Positions 19,530 through 29,469 of a DNA stretch of 64,000 nucleotides are shown piece after piece. The DNA lies in contig JBDLRS010000011.1 of assembly GCA_039799965.1 (NCBI GenBank), forward strand, positions 1,234 to 65,233, read 5' to 3'. This DNA comes from Pseudomonadota bacterium (GTDB lineage: Bacteria > Bdellovibrionota_C > UBA2361 > OMII01). How positions within the stretch are numbered: the first letter of the stretch is position 1; each line of letters starts with the position of its first letter. The notes below the pieces were generated by a model. The model ran no database searches. It was not told where the DNA came from and saw only the letters and a list, made by a program, of their open reading frames with translations. The translations under genes were made by a program, and so were the position numbers.

Positions 19530-20129
19530 ATGGTGCCACAAAACGTAGGACCGGCGGAGATGCTCACGTTCGGAATATTAGTCGGAGCCATGGGCCTCGG
19601 TCTCGTTGTTGGGATCGTGTACAAGCTTTTTGCGGGAGCTCGGAGCCCAGGTTTTGTGTCCGGGGAACGAGGTCGAGCTGAGGCTTTGTTGAACGATTTC
19701 TCCGGCAGGATATCACTGATCGAGCATAAGCAACGCGTCCTGAGTGTCTACACTAACGAATACTTTACAACCTTCCATGAAGCGGGGTGGGGAGAGCTCC
19801 AAGCGCTCATAGAAAATCTTAGGACGATTGAAACATCGCTTCGAGTTATGTGTGAGCAGCGTCGTTTCAGACAAGTGGTTCAGGTGTGTCAGTATCTGTT
19901 GGGTTCGTGCTCTCCGGAGTCAGCTCGTGCGATTGTTACCGCGTACGAGGGGCTCTCCTTGGTCGCGAATTGGCGCGAGGAATCGAGGGTTATTCTTCTT
20001 CGACTCATTCAGGCTACAACTACTTCGGCCGAGAAAACCGCGGAGTTTGGTGTCACACGAAAGCGCATGACTCGCAGGCCAACCCTGCTGTCCCTTGCAG
20101 AGCTTAGAGATTCGCTCGGTGATTTTTAA
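19530..20129 (+). CDS. hypothetical single-pass membrane protein
   Basis: One N-terminal TM segment (MLTFGILVGAMGLGLVVGIVYKLFAGA) followed by a soluble domain. The start is uncertain (19467 or 19530). Confidence 0.3.
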   Translation: MVPQNVGPAEMLTFGILVGAMGLGLVVGIVYKLFAGARSPGFVSGERGRAEALLNDFSGRISLIEHKQRVLSVYTNEYFTTFHEAGWGELQALIENLRTIETSLRVMCEQRRFRQVVQVCQYLLGSCSPESARAIVTAYEGLSLVANWREESRVILLRLIQATTTSAEKTAEFGVTRKRMTRRPTLLSLAELRDSLGDF

Positions 20130-20274
20130 AAAACCGAACGCTGGCCTTGAGCAGTGCTTGTACGCACAGGTGAGCTTAGCACGGATAGTAGAGCATCCGA
20201 GCCGGAGTTAAAGGGTTTCGCTCCGGTATAGGAGAGCGATCAAGAGCAGCGCCGTAGCGCGTCCACTGTTTGCA

Positions 20275-21723
20275 TTAGTCGCGCTCAAAAAGCATCTGCT
20301 GTCGCTTGGGCTTAATCTGCACAGGCGTGCCGGCTGGATAGTTTCCGGAGAAGCATGCGTCGCAGTATCTCCCTTGGTTCGACTCAACGGCGCGATAGAG
20401 CCCCTCGGTAGAGAGGTAGGCTAGGGAATCAACACCGATATACTCGGCTATCTCCTGAATCGAGTGTTTAGAGGCGATCAGCTCGTGTTTATCGGGGGTG
20501 TCGATACCGTAGTAACACGGACTAGTTGTTGGGGGGGACGAGATGCGGAGGTGAATCTCTCGTGCTCCAGCTTGCCTGAGCATAGCAACGAGCTTCCTGC
20601 TCGTGGTTCCTCGAACGATAGAGTCGTCGACCACTACGATCGACTTACCCGCAAGAACGTCACGATTCGGGTTAAGCTTAATCTTTACTCCGAAATCCCG
20701 GATAGATTGCTTCGGCTCGATAAAGGTTCTACCCACATAGTGGTTTCTGACGAGCCCCATCTCATAGGGGAGTTTCGCCGCTTCGGCGTAACCGATAGCT
20801 GCCGCCACGCCGGAGTCGGGAACAGCGGTTACAAGGTCTGCCACTACTGGTTTCTCAAGAGCGAGCTCTCGACCCATGTTCTTGCGGAGCTGGTACACGT
20901 TCTTGCCGAATACCTTCGAGTCTGGACGAGCAAAGTACACGAACTCAAAGATACACGGAGCAGGACGTGAAAAACCAAAGGGGAAATAGCTCTTCATCGA
21001 TCCATCGCGGAACACTTCAATGAGCTCACCCGGTTCTACCTCACGGAGGTAGGTCGCGCCGATAAGGTCAAATGCGCATGTTTCTGAAGCAAATACCTTC
21101 GCGCCGTTAAGCTCTCCGATCGCGAGGGGCCGGAGGCCGTGCATATCGCGACACACCATTAGGCGGTCCTCAAAGAGCATAAGCAGCGAAAACGCCCCCT
21201 TAATCTTTTGGAGCGCAGCGATGACGGACTCTACGAGGGGCTGATCTTTATCGCCGTGGGCGAGAAGATGCAGAATGGTCTCGGTGTCTGAGGTCGAGGC
21301 GAAGATAGAGCCCTGCTCAATCAGTTCACGGCGAAGATCGTCGGCGTTGGTGAGGTTGCCGTTGTGTGCGACCGCGGTGTGTCCAAGTGCAATATCGGCG
21401 ACGAACGGTTGAACGTTCGCGAGGCGATTTCCACCCGCGGTGGTGTATCGAACGTGCCCGATAGCTATGGCTCCCTGAAGTTTCGTGAAGTCAAAGCTGC
21501 CAAAGACATCAGCGACCAGGCCGAGACCCTTGTGAACATAGAAGTGGGGCAGGTCATCTCCATTTCGGTCAACGGAGACAACGCCGGCGCCTTCTTGGCC
21601 GCGATGTTGTTGCGCGTAGAGGCCAAGATAGGTCAGGTTCGCTGCCTCAGGGTGGTTCCATACCGCCATGAGACCACATTCGTCGTGAAACTTATCTTCG
21701 CTGAACATAACCCTATGCCTCAA
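20275..21723 (-). CDS. purF: amidophosphoribosyltransferase
   Basis: 482 aa. N-terminal Ntn Cys ([16 protein letters not shown]...). C-terminal PRTase motif ([12 protein letters not shown]) and FeS cysteines. Confidence 0.9.
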   Translation of the reverse strand: MRHRVMFSEDKFHDECGLMAVWNHPEAANLTYLGLYAQQHRGQEGAGVVSVDRNGDDLPHFYVHKGLGLVADVFGSFDFTKLQGAIAIGHVRYTTAGGNRLANVQPFVADIALGHTAVAHNGNLTNADDLRRELIEQGSIFASTSDTETILHLLAHGDKDQPLVESVIAALQKIKGAFSLLMLFEDRLMVCRDMHGLRPLAIGELNGAKVFASETCAFDLIGATYLREVEPGELIEVFRDGSMKSYFPFGFSRPAPCIFEFVYFARPDSKVFGKNVYQLRKNMGRELALEKPVVADLVTAVPDSGVAAAIGYAEAAKLPYEMGLVRNHYVGRTFIEPKQSIRDFGVKIKLNPNRDVLAGKSIVVVDDSIVRGTTSRKLVAMLRQAGAREIHLRISSPPTTSPCYYGIDTPDKHELIASKHSIQEIAEYIGVDSLAYLSTEGLYRAVESNQGRYCDACFSGNYPAGTPVQIKPKRQQMLFERD

Positions 21724-23956
21724 AGATCTGATCTAGCCCCGTAAACCACGTCTTGAACGCCTTCGCCGCGTCTATTTCCGCCAGTCCCTCTATCTTGATA
21801 GTGGCACCGCCTACCTTTCCTTCGCCGCTCACCGCAAGCCCGAGAGAGGCCAACTTGGTTTTAACCGTTAAGGTATGTTCAGGTGCGCAACTTAGGATGA
21901 ACCGCGCTCCCGTTTCCGCGAAGAGAAGCCCATCCGGCCGACCCGCGCTGCTCGCGAGGGAGAGGTGAGCGCCGAGAGGAGTCTCGTAGTCTTTGAAGCA
22001 ACACTCAGCTAGCGCGATACCGAGCCCACCCTCAGAGATATCGTGACATGAAGCGAGAAGCTTCGCGTCTATTAAGGCGCGGATCCCGTCACATGTCTTT
22101 CGCTCAAGGGTGTAATCGATCTTGGGGAGCGCACCACGCTCGATGCCGTGCACGGTTGCGAGGTAGGCGCTACCACCTACCTCATTTGGATCTGTCGTCC
22201 CCACGAGGAGGATTGTATCACCTGAACGCCTAAAGTGGGATGATACCGCCTTGTGAACGTCCTCGAGTAATCCAACGACCGCAAGGGTAGGGGTGGGTTG
22301 AATCCCTTGTCCCTGGGTCTGGTTGTAGAGGCTCACGTTACCACTCACGACCGGAACATCGAACGCGCGGGCTGCTTCGCCGAGGCCCTTAATACAGTGC
22401 GCGATCTGGTACATCGTCTTCGGATCTTCCGGACTCGGCATATTGAGGCAGTCAGAGATGCCGAGCGGTGTGGCACCGGTCGCGGCGAGATTGCGGCACG
22501 CCTCAGCCAGCGAGTGGGCGGTGCCGTTGTGCGCGTCGATCGAGCAGTAGCGAGAGTTACAGTCGAGGGTGATTGCGATACCTTTCTCTTTTCCGCTCGC
22601 CGAGCGAACGCGAACAACCCCGGCGTCACTTCCGGGATGCACGACGGTATCCGCGCGAACGGTTGAGTCGTATTGGCTATACAGAGGATGTCGTGAGCAC
22701 AGGTTCGGAGAACCCAAGAGTGATAGCCAGGTCGCTCCGAGATCCTTTGGAAGTGGAACTGAATCGAGATCTATCGGAGCTGTGATTGAGGTCTCAGCGG
22801 GGGGCGTCATCGGCCAGTTGTACTTCGGTACCGCGCTGGTAAGAAGTTTCGCTGGGATCGATGAGACGAGTTCCCCGTGCCAGAAGAGCTCGACGTCACC
22901 TCCGGCGATGACCTCGCCGATAGCGACCGCGTCGAGTTCCCATCGAGTGAAGATCTCGATGAGCTTGTCCTCTTGTCCCGCCTGGACGATGAACAGCATC
23001 CGCTCTTGGGATTCGGAGAGCATGATCTCATATGGATTCATGCCATCTTCTCGTTGTGGCACCCGGTCGAGGTGCATACGCACTCCGTTGTCTCCGCGGT
23101 CCGCCATCTCAAACGCTGAGCTCGTGAGACCGGCAGCTCCCATGTCCTGGACGCCGACAACACATCCACTCTTGAACGCCTCAAGGCACGCCTCAAGGAG
23201 AAGCTTCTCTTGGAACGGGTCGCCGACCTGAACCGTTGGCCGCTTTGCCTCGGAGTTATCATCGAACTCCTCCGAAGACATGCTCGCCCCGTGGATTCCA
23301 TCTCGTCCCGTCTTCGATCCAACGTAGAGAACGGTATTGCCGATACCCGCTGCTGTGCCTAGAAATACTTCGTCTTGCTTAACCACTCCGAGAGCAAACG
23401 CGTTCACAAGGCAGTTACCGTTGAAGGAGGAATGGAACGAGAGCTCGCCCCCTACGGTTGGGATCCCCATACAGTTGCCGTAGAACCCAATTCCGTTTAC
23501 CGCACGCCGAAGAAGGTAGCGGCTCTTTGGAAGGTCGGTGTCTCCGAAGCGGAGCGAGTTGAGCAACGCGATCGGACGAGCACCCATGGTGAATACGTCA
23601 CGGAGGATGCCGCCGACGCCTGTCGCCGCACCTTGGAATGGCTCGATGAACGATGGGTGGTTGTGACTCTCAACTTTGAAGACAATCGCCTCGTTGTCGC
23701 CGATGTCCACGACGCAGGCGTTCTCGCCTGGTCCGATGATTACGTTGGGCCCTGTCGTTGGAAGGGTAGCGAGGTGAACCTTGGTGCTCTTGTAGGAACA
23801 GTGTTCCGAAAAAAGGGCGGAGCAGATGCCTAGCTCCACCATATTTATTTCACGCCCGAGTGCGGATTTCACCGCGTTGTATTCTGAATCTCGAAGACCG
23901 TGTTCTGTAGCGTCCTGGATGGTAGCGGTTCGTCGCCAGGGGGGTGTGTTGGTCAT
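21713..23956 (-). CDS. purL: phosphoribosylformylglycinamidine synthase subunit PurL (large)
   Basis: AIR-synthase-related tandem domains. Probable ATG at 23956 (MTNTPPWRR...); the track ORF extends to 23/16 by an alternative start. Its 3' end overlaps purF by 11 nt. Confidence 0.9.
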   Translation of the reverse strand: MTNTPPWRRTATIQDATEHGLRDSEYNAVKSALGREINMVELGICSALFSEHCSYKSTKVHLATLPTTGPNVIIGPGENACVVDIGDNEAIVFKVESHNHPSFIEPFQGAATGVGGILRDVFTMGARPIALLNSLRFGDTDLPKSRYLLRRAVNGIGFYGNCMGIPTVGGELSFHSSFNGNCLVNAFALGVVKQDEVFLGTAAGIGNTVLYVGSKTGRDGIHGASMSSEEFDDNSEAKRPTVQVGDPFQEKLLLEACLEAFKSGCVVGVQDMGAAGLTSSAFEMADRGDNGVRMHLDRVPQREDGMNPYEIMLSESQERMLFIVQAGQEDKLIEIFTRWELDAVAIGEVIAGGDVELFWHGELVSSIPAKLLTSAVPKYNWPMTPPAETSITAPIDLDSVPLPKDLGATWLSLLGSPNLCSRHPLYSQYDSTVRADTVVHPGSDAGVVRVRSASGKEKGIAITLDCNSRYCSIDAHNGTAHSLAEACRNLAATGATPLGISDCLNMPSPEDPKTMYQIAHCIKGLGEAARAFDVPVVSGNVSLYNQTQGQGIQPTPTLAVVGLLEDVHKAVSSHFRRSGDTILLVGTTDPNEVGGSAYLATVHGIERGALPKIDYTLERKTCDGIRALIDAKLLASCHDISEGGLGIALAECCFKDYETPLGAHLSLASSAGRPDGLLFAETGARFILSCAPEHTLTVKTKLASLGLAVSGEGKVGGATIKIEGLAEIDAAKAFKTWFTGLDQIFEA

Positions 23957-24237
23957 AGGAATTTCCTTCTGAGCGCGTTTCGCCGGGAGTGTATACCGGA
24001 AAACGGGATTCCTCAATCTTTACCTACAAATAGAGGCGTATTTCGATAGGGAACCTGGCCCCTGACCGGCTGTTTAACGGGCTGGAATTGGAGCGAGAAG
24101 GAGTTCGGAGGCTTCGGCAATGGTCCCCCGCATGGTCGCTCTGGTCTTTGGAGGGTAGAAGGACTCATATCGCACAAACCGGACCGGTTACACGGTGCCC
24201 CACGCCCTGTTTCACGGCGTAGTACGATGTTCTCCTA

Positions 24238-24258
24238 GCAGGGTGGTGAAAAATATTC
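24238..24258. repeat. solo terminal-repeat fragment of the 181-bp MITE (TAGCAGGGTGGTGAAAAAT) in the purL/prkA divergent region
   Basis: Exact match to the left TIR of the MITE copies, but the sequence beyond diverges (ATTCAAAAAAGG...). Confidence 0.35.
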
Positions 24259-24624
24259 AAAAAAGGCGCGATGAAGCCAATCGATTTTGGGGGTGTGACA
24301 TCAAATAATTAACGGCTAAGTGCGCGAAGGGCAGGGACGCTCGACAGTAATGGGTTTTCGGTCTCTTCGGAGATTGTTTACCGTAAGAGAAACGAGATTC
24401 CTCATATAGTTTGCCGTACGAGCCGATTGAAGTTGTTGATGTCTTTAGTAGCGGGTCGTTTCCCGAGGTGGGTTTTTGAGCTGTGGCTTCACAGGTCAGA
24501 TGGCTCAATTTCCGGAGGCGATTAAGAGCAGACCCTGACCATCACGGCGGCGCGTGAGGAGGATCTCAAGCATGCTCTTTGCAATGTGTGGTTGGTGGTT
24601 CTGCGAACGTAAGGAGAAGGTTCC

Positions 24625-26559
24625 ATGTCGAAGGAAAATAAATTCCAAAAATTGATTCAAGAGGATCGTGAGACCCGTAAAAAATCTTCTTGGAAAGGTA
24701 CGATGCTTGAGTACCTTGAGAAAGTTCGCGAGAACCCTGGGGCGGTCAAACTTGCGCACAAGCGGCTCTACGACATGATCGCTGATAAGGGAACCGTCGA
24801 GGTGGACCTCGAACAGGATCCCCGCCTGAAGCGTATCTTCAAGGGCGAGAAGCTCAAAGTCTTTAACTTCTTCGCCGACGAGTTCTTCGGTATGGAGAAA
24901 ACGCTCAATCAGATCGTGCGATATTTCCACTCAGCGTCGCTGCGAGGAGAGGAGAGTCGGCAGGTTCTCTACCTCGTAGGTCCCGTAGGTTCCGGAAAGA
25001 GCTCTCTTGTGGAGCGCCTCAAGAAGGGACTTGAGGAGCTTCAGTTTTTCTACTCCATTGAGGGATGTCCGATGAATGAGGAGCCGCTGCACCTCGTTCC
25101 TCGACACCTTCGCAAGGAGTTCTCCAAGATGCTCGGCGTGGAGATCGAGGGAGATCTCTGTCCGGTTTGTCGATACCGCCTCAAAGAGGAGTTCAAGGGT
25201 AAGTGGGAGGACGTTCCCGTCAAGACCCAGGAGTTCTCCATTCGCGCCAAGCGTGGCGTGGGCGTTGTTCCCCCGGTAGATCCGAACAACCAAGATACCA
25301 GCGTTCTGATCGGTGGGGAGGATATCTCAAAACTCGACCTCTACTCAGAGGGCGATCCGCGAGTGCTTGACCTTACTGGCGCGCTGAATGTGGGTAACCG
25401 CGGAATGGTTGAGTTCATCGAGGTGTTCAAGAACGAGACCGAGTATCTTCACGCGATGATCACCGCGACTCAGGAGAAGTCGATTCCAGCTCCCGGGCGT
25501 CACGGAATGATTTACGTCGATACCTGCATCGTGGCGCATTCCAACGAAGCGGAGTGGAAGAAGTTCAAGAGCGACCACACCAACGAGGCGATCCTTGACC
25601 GTATCGTGACGGTAAAGGTCCCCTACAATTTGCGACTCTCTGAGGAGGTGAAGATCTACAAGAAGATCATTCGTCAATCGCAGTTCACGGCCGATATCGC
25701 TCCGCACACGATCGAGATCGCCTCGATGTTCGCGATCCTCTCCCGACTTGAGCCAACCAATAAGTGCGACCTGGTAACCAAACTCAAGCTCTATAACGGA
25801 GAAGAGGTTGTGGAGAAGGGCAAGACGAAGCGCATCGATGTGGTAGAGCTTCGTGAAGAGGCGAAGAGCGAGGGAATGAACGGTATTTCTACTCGTTTCA
25901 TCATGAAGGCGCTCGATAATGCGCTCTCTGATAACGTCGAGATGAACGCTATCAATCCTATCTCGGTACGAGAGGCGCTCGTGCAGATGGTTAAGGAGGC
26001 GGACTTCGCGGATGACGTGAAGAAGCGCTACCTTGAGTTCCTCCAGGATACCCTCCACAAGGAGTTTCTTGAGGTGCTTGAGAAAGAGATCACCAAGGCG
26101 TTCGTCTACTCCTACCAGGAGCAGGCGGAGTCACTCTTCCAAAACTACCTTGATCACGCTGAGTCATACGTGACGAAGAAGAAGTTCAAGGATCGTAGCA
26201 CCGGTGAGGTGCTCGAGCCGGACGAGGGATTCATGAAGTCTATTGAGGAACAGATCGCTATCATCGGCACCGCGTGTGATGGATTCCGTCAGGAGGTCAT
26301 CGCGTACCTCTGGTCAGCGGGACGCCGCGGCGAGAAGGTCACATACGAGAGCTACGAGCCGCTTAAAGAGGCGATCGAGAAGAAGCTGATGGCGAGCGTT
26401 CGCGATGTATCGCGAATTATTACCAAGGCGCGCACTCGAGATGACGACCAGCACAAAAAGTACAACAAGATGGTTGAGCAGCTTATTCGGAACGGATATC
26501 CGGCGAGTTGCGTGGATGTAATCCTGAAGTACGCCGCCAACAATCTTTGGAAGGACTAA
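24625..26559 (+). CDS. prkA: PrkA family serine protein kinase (AAA+ ATPase N-domain)
   Basis: 644 aa. Walker A motif LVGPVGSGKSSLVERLK. It is colinear with the yeaH-like and spoVR genes. Confidence 0.9.
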   Translation: MSKENKFQKLIQEDRETRKKSSWKGTMLEYLEKVRENPGAVKLAHKRLYDMIADKGTVEVDLEQDPRLKRIFKGEKLKVFNFFADEFFGMEKTLNQIVRYFHSASLRGEESRQVLYLVGPVGSGKSSLVERLKKGLEELQFFYSIEGCPMNEEPLHLVPRHLRKEFSKMLGVEIEGDLCPVCRYRLKEEFKGKWEDVPVKTQEFSIRAKRGVGVVPPVDPNNQDTSVLIGGEDISKLDLYSEGDPRVLDLTGALNVGNRGMVEFIEVFKNETEYLHAMITATQEKSIPAPGRHGMIYVDTCIVAHSNEAEWKKFKSDHTNEAILDRIVTVKVPYNLRLSEEVKIYKKIIRQSQFTADIAPHTIEIASMFAILSRLEPTNKCDLVTKLKLYNGEEVVEKGKTKRIDVVELREEAKSEGMNGISTRFIMKALDNALSDNVEMNAINPISVREALVQMVKEADFADDVKKRYLEFLQDTLHKEFLEVLEKEITKAFVYSYQEQAESLFQNYLDHAESYVTKKKFKDRSTGEVLEPDEGFMKSIEEQIAIIGTACDGFRQEVIAYLWSAGRRGEKVTYESYEPLKEAIEKKLMASVRDVSRIITKARTRDDDQHKKYNKMVEQLIRNGYPASCVDVILKYAANNLWKD

Positions 26560-26584
26560 ACGTTCCCCGCTTCGGTGAGGTGTA

Positions 26585-27820
26585 ATGTCGACCATATTTC
26601 GTCCCTACACTCCTAGCTCGCAGCGCTCTGACCGGAGCGCGCGAGATAGGATGCGACATCGCCAAAAGATCAAAGACTCTATTCGCGATAACATCGGTGA
26701 TATCCTTGCAGAGGAATCTATCATCGGTCGGGATCGGGATAAGATCATCAAGGTGCCAATCCGCTCCGTCAAGGAGTATCGCTTCATCTACGGCGAAAAC
26801 TCGCCGGGCGTGGCTCAGGGCGACGGCCAGCAGAAGCCAGGAGATGTAGTTCAACAGGGCGATCAAGAGGGTAAGGGACAGGGCGGTAAGGGTGGAGACC
26901 AACCTGGTGTCGATGCTTTTGAGACCGACATCACCCTAGAGGAGCTCATCGCGATTATGTTTGATGACCTCGAGCTTCCGGAGCTTGAGAAGAAGGCCCT
27001 GAAGGAGGTCGTGTCAGAGGATGCCCGCAAACGCAAAGGTCATCGCCGAGCCGGTATTCGGCCCCGACTCGATAAGCGAGCAACCGCGCGTAATCGAGCC
27101 CGAAGGTGGATGTCGGTACGTCGAAGTCGAGAGGTTGGTCCAGATGGCGAGAAGCCGCGCTTCCCATTCCACGAGGATGATATGCGGTACTACCACATCG
27201 TCCCTACAACGAAAGAGGCTTCGAACGCCGTGATCTTCTGTATCATGGATACCTCAGGATCTATGGGTACGGTGAAGAAGTACCTCGCGCGGAGCTTTTA
27301 CTTCCTATTGTATCAATTCGTTCGCCAAAAATACGCTAACGTTGAGGTGGTCTTTATCGCTCACCATACCGAAGCGAAGGAGGTGAGTGAGGAGGATTTC
27401 TTCCACAAGGTGGAATCGGGAGGTACCTACATCTCCTCAGGCTATAAGAAGGCGCTCGAGATTATCGAGGACCGGTATCATCCATCGCTATGGAACGTGT
27501 ACGCGTTTCATTGTTCCGATGGTGATAACTTCTACTCAGATAATGAGCGCGCCCTGCAGGCGGCTGAGGATCTGTGTAAGGTGTGCAATCTCTTTGGCTA
27601 TGGTGAGATTAAGCCATCGGGGAGCGCCTACTACAGCGGTACTATGTTAGAGGTGTTCGGCGCAATTAAAGCCGACAACTTCCACATGATTACGATCGAG
27701 AAGAAAGAGGATCTCTGGGAAGGCTTCAGAAGCTTCCTACTGAAGGATAAGGGGAGCGGCGTTTCGGCTCACGGAAAAGTGTTTGGTGGGAGCGAGGGGG
27801 CGGCTTCGGCCGCACCGTAG
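26585..27820 (+). CDS. YeaH/YhbH family protein (DUF444, vWA-like)
   Basis: 411 aa. Carries the DUF444 hallmark FCIMDTSGSMG. It follows prkA by 25 nt. Confidence 0.85.
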   Translation: MSTIFRPYTPSSQRSDRSARDRMRHRQKIKDSIRDNIGDILAEESIIGRDRDKIIKVPIRSVKEYRFIYGENSPGVAQGDGQQKPGDVVQQGDQEGKGQGGKGGDQPGVDAFETDITLEELIAIMFDDLELPELEKKALKEVVSEDARKRKGHRRAGIRPRLDKRATARNRARRWMSVRRSREVGPDGEKPRFPFHEDDMRYYHIVPTTKEASNAVIFCIMDTSGSMGTVKKYLARSFYFLLYQFVRQKYANVEVVFIAHHTEAKEVSEEDFFHKVESGGTYISSGYKKALEIIEDRYHPSLWNVYAFHCSDGDNFYSDNERALQAAEDLCKVCNLFGYGEIKPSGSAYYSGTMLEVFGAIKADNFHMITIEKKEDLWEGFRSFLLKDKGSGVSAHGKVFGGSEGAASAAP

Positions 27821-27826
27821 AAAGCT

Positions 27827-29284
27827 ATGTCACATAACATCGACGAACTTGCTGATTGGGATAAACGGATACTGGAGCTCGTTCACACGTACGGGCTCAA
27901 CTGCTATCCCCAAGAGTTTGAGATCTGCGATCACAACGAGATGTTGGGATATATGGCGTACACCGGCATGCCATCGCACTATCCACACTGGTCATACGGT
28001 AAATCGTTCGAACGTCAAAAGACCATGTATGACTACGGTGTGTCGGGTCTTCCGTACGAGATGGTGATCAATTCAAATCCCTGTCTTGCGTACTTAATGC
28101 GTGATAATTCACTCCTGTTACAGGTGCTCACTATAGCCCACGTATACGGCCATAACGACTTTTTCGCAAACAACTTCACCTTTACCTCGGGAACCAAAGC
28201 GGAGCACGTTCTTCAGTCCTTTAAGAGCCACGGACAGAGAATTAGCTCGTACCAAGAGGATCCCTCGATCGGTGTCGAGGCTGTCGAGAACATGATCGAT
28301 CACGCGCACGCGATCTGTTACCAACGGTCTCGAAATCTCGCTATTACACAACTCTCTCAGGATGAGCAGGTTCTTCGGGCGTGGGAGCGATCGCAGCCAG
28401 CGGCGGACCCGTGGCGAGAAATTCATCCGGCGAAGGAGTATAAGCCACCTAATCTTACACGGGTTCCAGCGGAGCCGCAGGAGAATATCCTGCAGTTTAT
28501 CGCCAAGTATAATCCGTACCTCCCTGAGTGGAAGAGGGACATCCTGTTGATCGTTGACGCGCAGACGCAGTACTTCATGCCGCAGATGGACACCAAGATC
28601 ATGAACGAGGGATGGGCGAGCTACTGGCATCATAAGATCCTTAACGAGCTTAAGCTCCCGCAAGGGATGCACCTTGAGTTCCTCGTACGGCACAACCAGG
28701 TGTTGCGCCCCCACCCAGGTGGGCTCAATCCATATCACCTCGGATTCGTTCTGTGGCACGATATCGAGCGTCGCTGGAATCAGGGAGACATTGGTAGAGA
28801 GTGGTCGGACGATGAGCCGCCAACCGCTGAAGGGATCAAAGACGAGAACGAAACCCCGGGTCGTAAAAAGATCTTTGAGGTACGCGAAGCGGACCGTGAC
28901 CAGTCCTTCCTTCGCCGATTTCTTACACGCGAGATAATGGAGGAGCTGCACCTCTTCCAGCACGAGCGCCGGGGAAAAGATCGCGTTATCACCAAGGTCG
29001 CCAGCGAAGAGGGGTGGCGCGAGGTCAAAGAGAACCTTATCAGGAACGTTGGTACCGGCTCTATTCCGGTTATAAAGATCGAGGATGCGGATTTTGGGAA
29101 GAGCCGCATACTCTATATGAAGCACTACCATGACGGTCGAGATCTTCAGCTTGAGTACGCGGAGCACACGCTTAAGCACGTGGCGGCTCTGTGGGAGCGT
29201 GAGGTAGTGCTCGAGACCTCGATTAACGGCAAGGAGTCGCTTCTTAAGTTGGTTGGCGATTCCCTCAAAATTGAGCGACTCTAG
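27827..29284 (+). CDS. spoVR: SpoVR family protein
   Basis: 485 aa third member of the prkA-yeaH-spoVR triad. Its TAG stop lies inside the CTAG end of the MITE. Confidence 0.85.
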   Translation: MSHNIDELADWDKRILELVHTYGLNCYPQEFEICDHNEMLGYMAYTGMPSHYPHWSYGKSFERQKTMYDYGVSGLPYEMVINSNPCLAYLMRDNSLLLQVLTIAHVYGHNDFFANNFTFTSGTKAEHVLQSFKSHGQRISSYQEDPSIGVEAVENMIDHAHAICYQRSRNLAITQLSQDEQVLRAWERSQPAADPWREIHPAKEYKPPNLTRVPAEPQENILQFIAKYNPYLPEWKRDILLIVDAQTQYFMPQMDTKIMNEGWASYWHHKILNELKLPQGMHLEFLVRHNQVLRPHPGGLNPYHLGFVLWHDIERRWNQGDIGREWSDDEPPTAEGIKDENETPGRKKIFEVREADRDQSFLRRFLTREIMEELHLFQHERRGKDRVITKVASEEGWREVKENLIRNVGTGSIPVIKIEDADFGKSRILYMKHYHDGRDLQLEYAEHTLKHVAALWEREVVLETSINGKESLLKLVGDSLKIERL

Positions 29285-29469
29285 CAGGGTGGTGAAAAAT
29301 GGTTCCGTCGTGAGCATTTTGAAAGTTTTGACGAAACAAGGCGGAGATGACGAAAAAACCGGAGGCGTATCCACCGAGATACGTTGAGGATTTTTTCGGC
29401 AGCTCCAACGAAGTTGCAGTCACACTATCGAAATGCGCAACAGGAAATCATTTTTCACCACCCTGCTAG
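29281..29469. mobile_element. 181-bp MITE-like element, copy 1 (core 29285..29465) with CTAG on both flanks
   Basis: Perfect TIR CAGGGTGGTGAAAAATG / CATTTTTCACCACCCTG. Nested internal stems (ACGTATC-CACTGA-GATACGT; CGAAAAAA/TTTTTTCG). Sits between convergent spoVR and pntB. Confidence 0.8.

Noticed and set aside
22298-23231. Several 120-220 aa plus-strand ORFs (22298-22666, 22569-23231, 22877-23119)
   Set aside because: They are antisense shadows inside purL, Ser/Arg/Ala-rich, with no independent support.
23957-24016. N-terminal 20-aa extension of purL from the track ([20 protein letters not shown])
   Set aside because: It is not part of the conserved PurL N-terminus. ATG at 23956 (MTNTPPWRR) fits better.
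24540-24624. Looked for a sigma54 (-24 GG / -12 GC) promoter upstream of prkA
   Set aside because: The nearest candidate (GCATGCTCTTTGCA) has the wrong spacing and lacks the GG. Nothing is claimed.
25345-26058. 237-aa minus-strand ORF
   Set aside because: It is antisense to prkA. Its leucine/arginine-rich composition comes from the complement of GAG/GAA-rich coding sequence.
28118-29374. 418-aa minus-strand ORF
   Set aside because: It is entirely antisense to spoVR (and runs into the MITE), with no motifs. It is a typical high-GC antisense shadow.
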